Source of the DNA: Mobula hypostoma
Lineage: Eukaryota
Direction of reading: 5' to 3'
Assembly (NCBI RefSeq): GCF_963921235.1
Contig: NC_086097.1
Location: 115,570,001-115,634,000, forward strand
DNA length: 64,000 bases
Shown: one piece after another, positions 63,470-64,000 of the stretch
Layout of the letters: each line of letters begins with the position of its first letter
How positions within the stretch are numbered: position 1 is the stretch's first letter
Notes under the pieces: model-generated
Database searches by the model: none
Seen by the model: only the letters and a program-made list of their open reading frames with translations
What the model was told of the DNA's origin: nothing
Made by a program: the position numbers and the translations under genes

Positions 63470-63885
63470 CTTAGTTACTGTCTGTTACACCACTGGTGTC
63501 TAGGGCAGTAATTAAGGTCCTCCATCTCTGGTGGTGTTTAAGGCTTCCTTCATTGTGTCAGTAACTTCCTCCTGGCTTTCACTGTAAATCATGCAAGTCC
63601 CAGCTAGAAACTCAGGAATACTGTCACATTCAGATGTAGGAGGATTCTTCATTGCTGTTTCCGTGACAATTTTGTGTTAGGGCTATGTTGTTATCCCTAA
63701 GCTGAACTGCCAAACCTGGAGGAATGGTGGACCACTCTTAGTCTGTCCTCTACCCCCTGACCTGTTTGAGATGGACGCCCCTACCAAGGGACAAAGCATA
63801 AACCCCTGATTCCTGCCAACATAGCTTTTCAGAACATTGAGGCACGCGAGCCTCCGAACCACAACAAGGTTGTGGTCCTCTTGGA
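63470..63885 (-). mobile_element. Probable RTE-derived non-autonomous element (5' UTR joined to 3' end)
   Basis: Minus strand begins 'ggaccacaaccttgttgtgg...gcgtgcctcaatg...agctatg', resembling RTE/BovB leaders, and ends in a short TAAC/TAAG-like tail; recognition only. Confidence 0.55.
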
Positions 63886-64000
63886 GGTTCCAGACATATG
63901 ACTTGTTTTAATTGGAGTCTATTCTTGATGGAATTAGCTGATAGTGTGATGGGCAAGTTAGTGTAGTGATCTAAGAGTACTATTTGTACTTGTTTATGTG

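Noticed and set aside
63740..63885. HDV-like ribozyme at the RTE-like 5' end
   Set aside because: Some RTE elements have one, but I could not fold a nested double pseudoknot by eye; a descriptor-based search is needed.

Overview
Vertebrate non-genic (intronic or intergenic) DNA made mostly of nested transposable elements. The repeat repertoire (abundant CR1 LINEs, Penelope elements with hammerhead tails, Rex1, Hero, fish-type L1) suggests a cartilaginous fish; this is inference. I could not support any host protein-coding gene, and the long ORFs are all TE-derived. Main structures: (1) a Hero/NeSL-type LINE at 4.2-7.1 kb split by a CR1; (2) a long CR1 at 21.2-27.8 kb carrying a 219-bp solo LTR, an unexplained ~470-bp insert, and a Penelope element with ~390-bp inverted termini that each contain a minimal hammerhead ribozyme; (3) a Gmr1-type Gypsy element (PR-IN-RT order) at 30705-37830 with a 5-bp TSD, itself containing a SINE and a hAT element; (4) an internally deleted Buster/Charlie hAT transposon; (5) a decayed class-I (epsilon/gamma-like) endogenous retrovirus at 45.8-52.6 kb. 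The ERV's env is not visible as one ORF in the track; it can be rebuilt across a Penelope insertion and lacks the whole fusion ectodomain. Boundaries with a stated TSD were read base by base; other boundaries are approximate.
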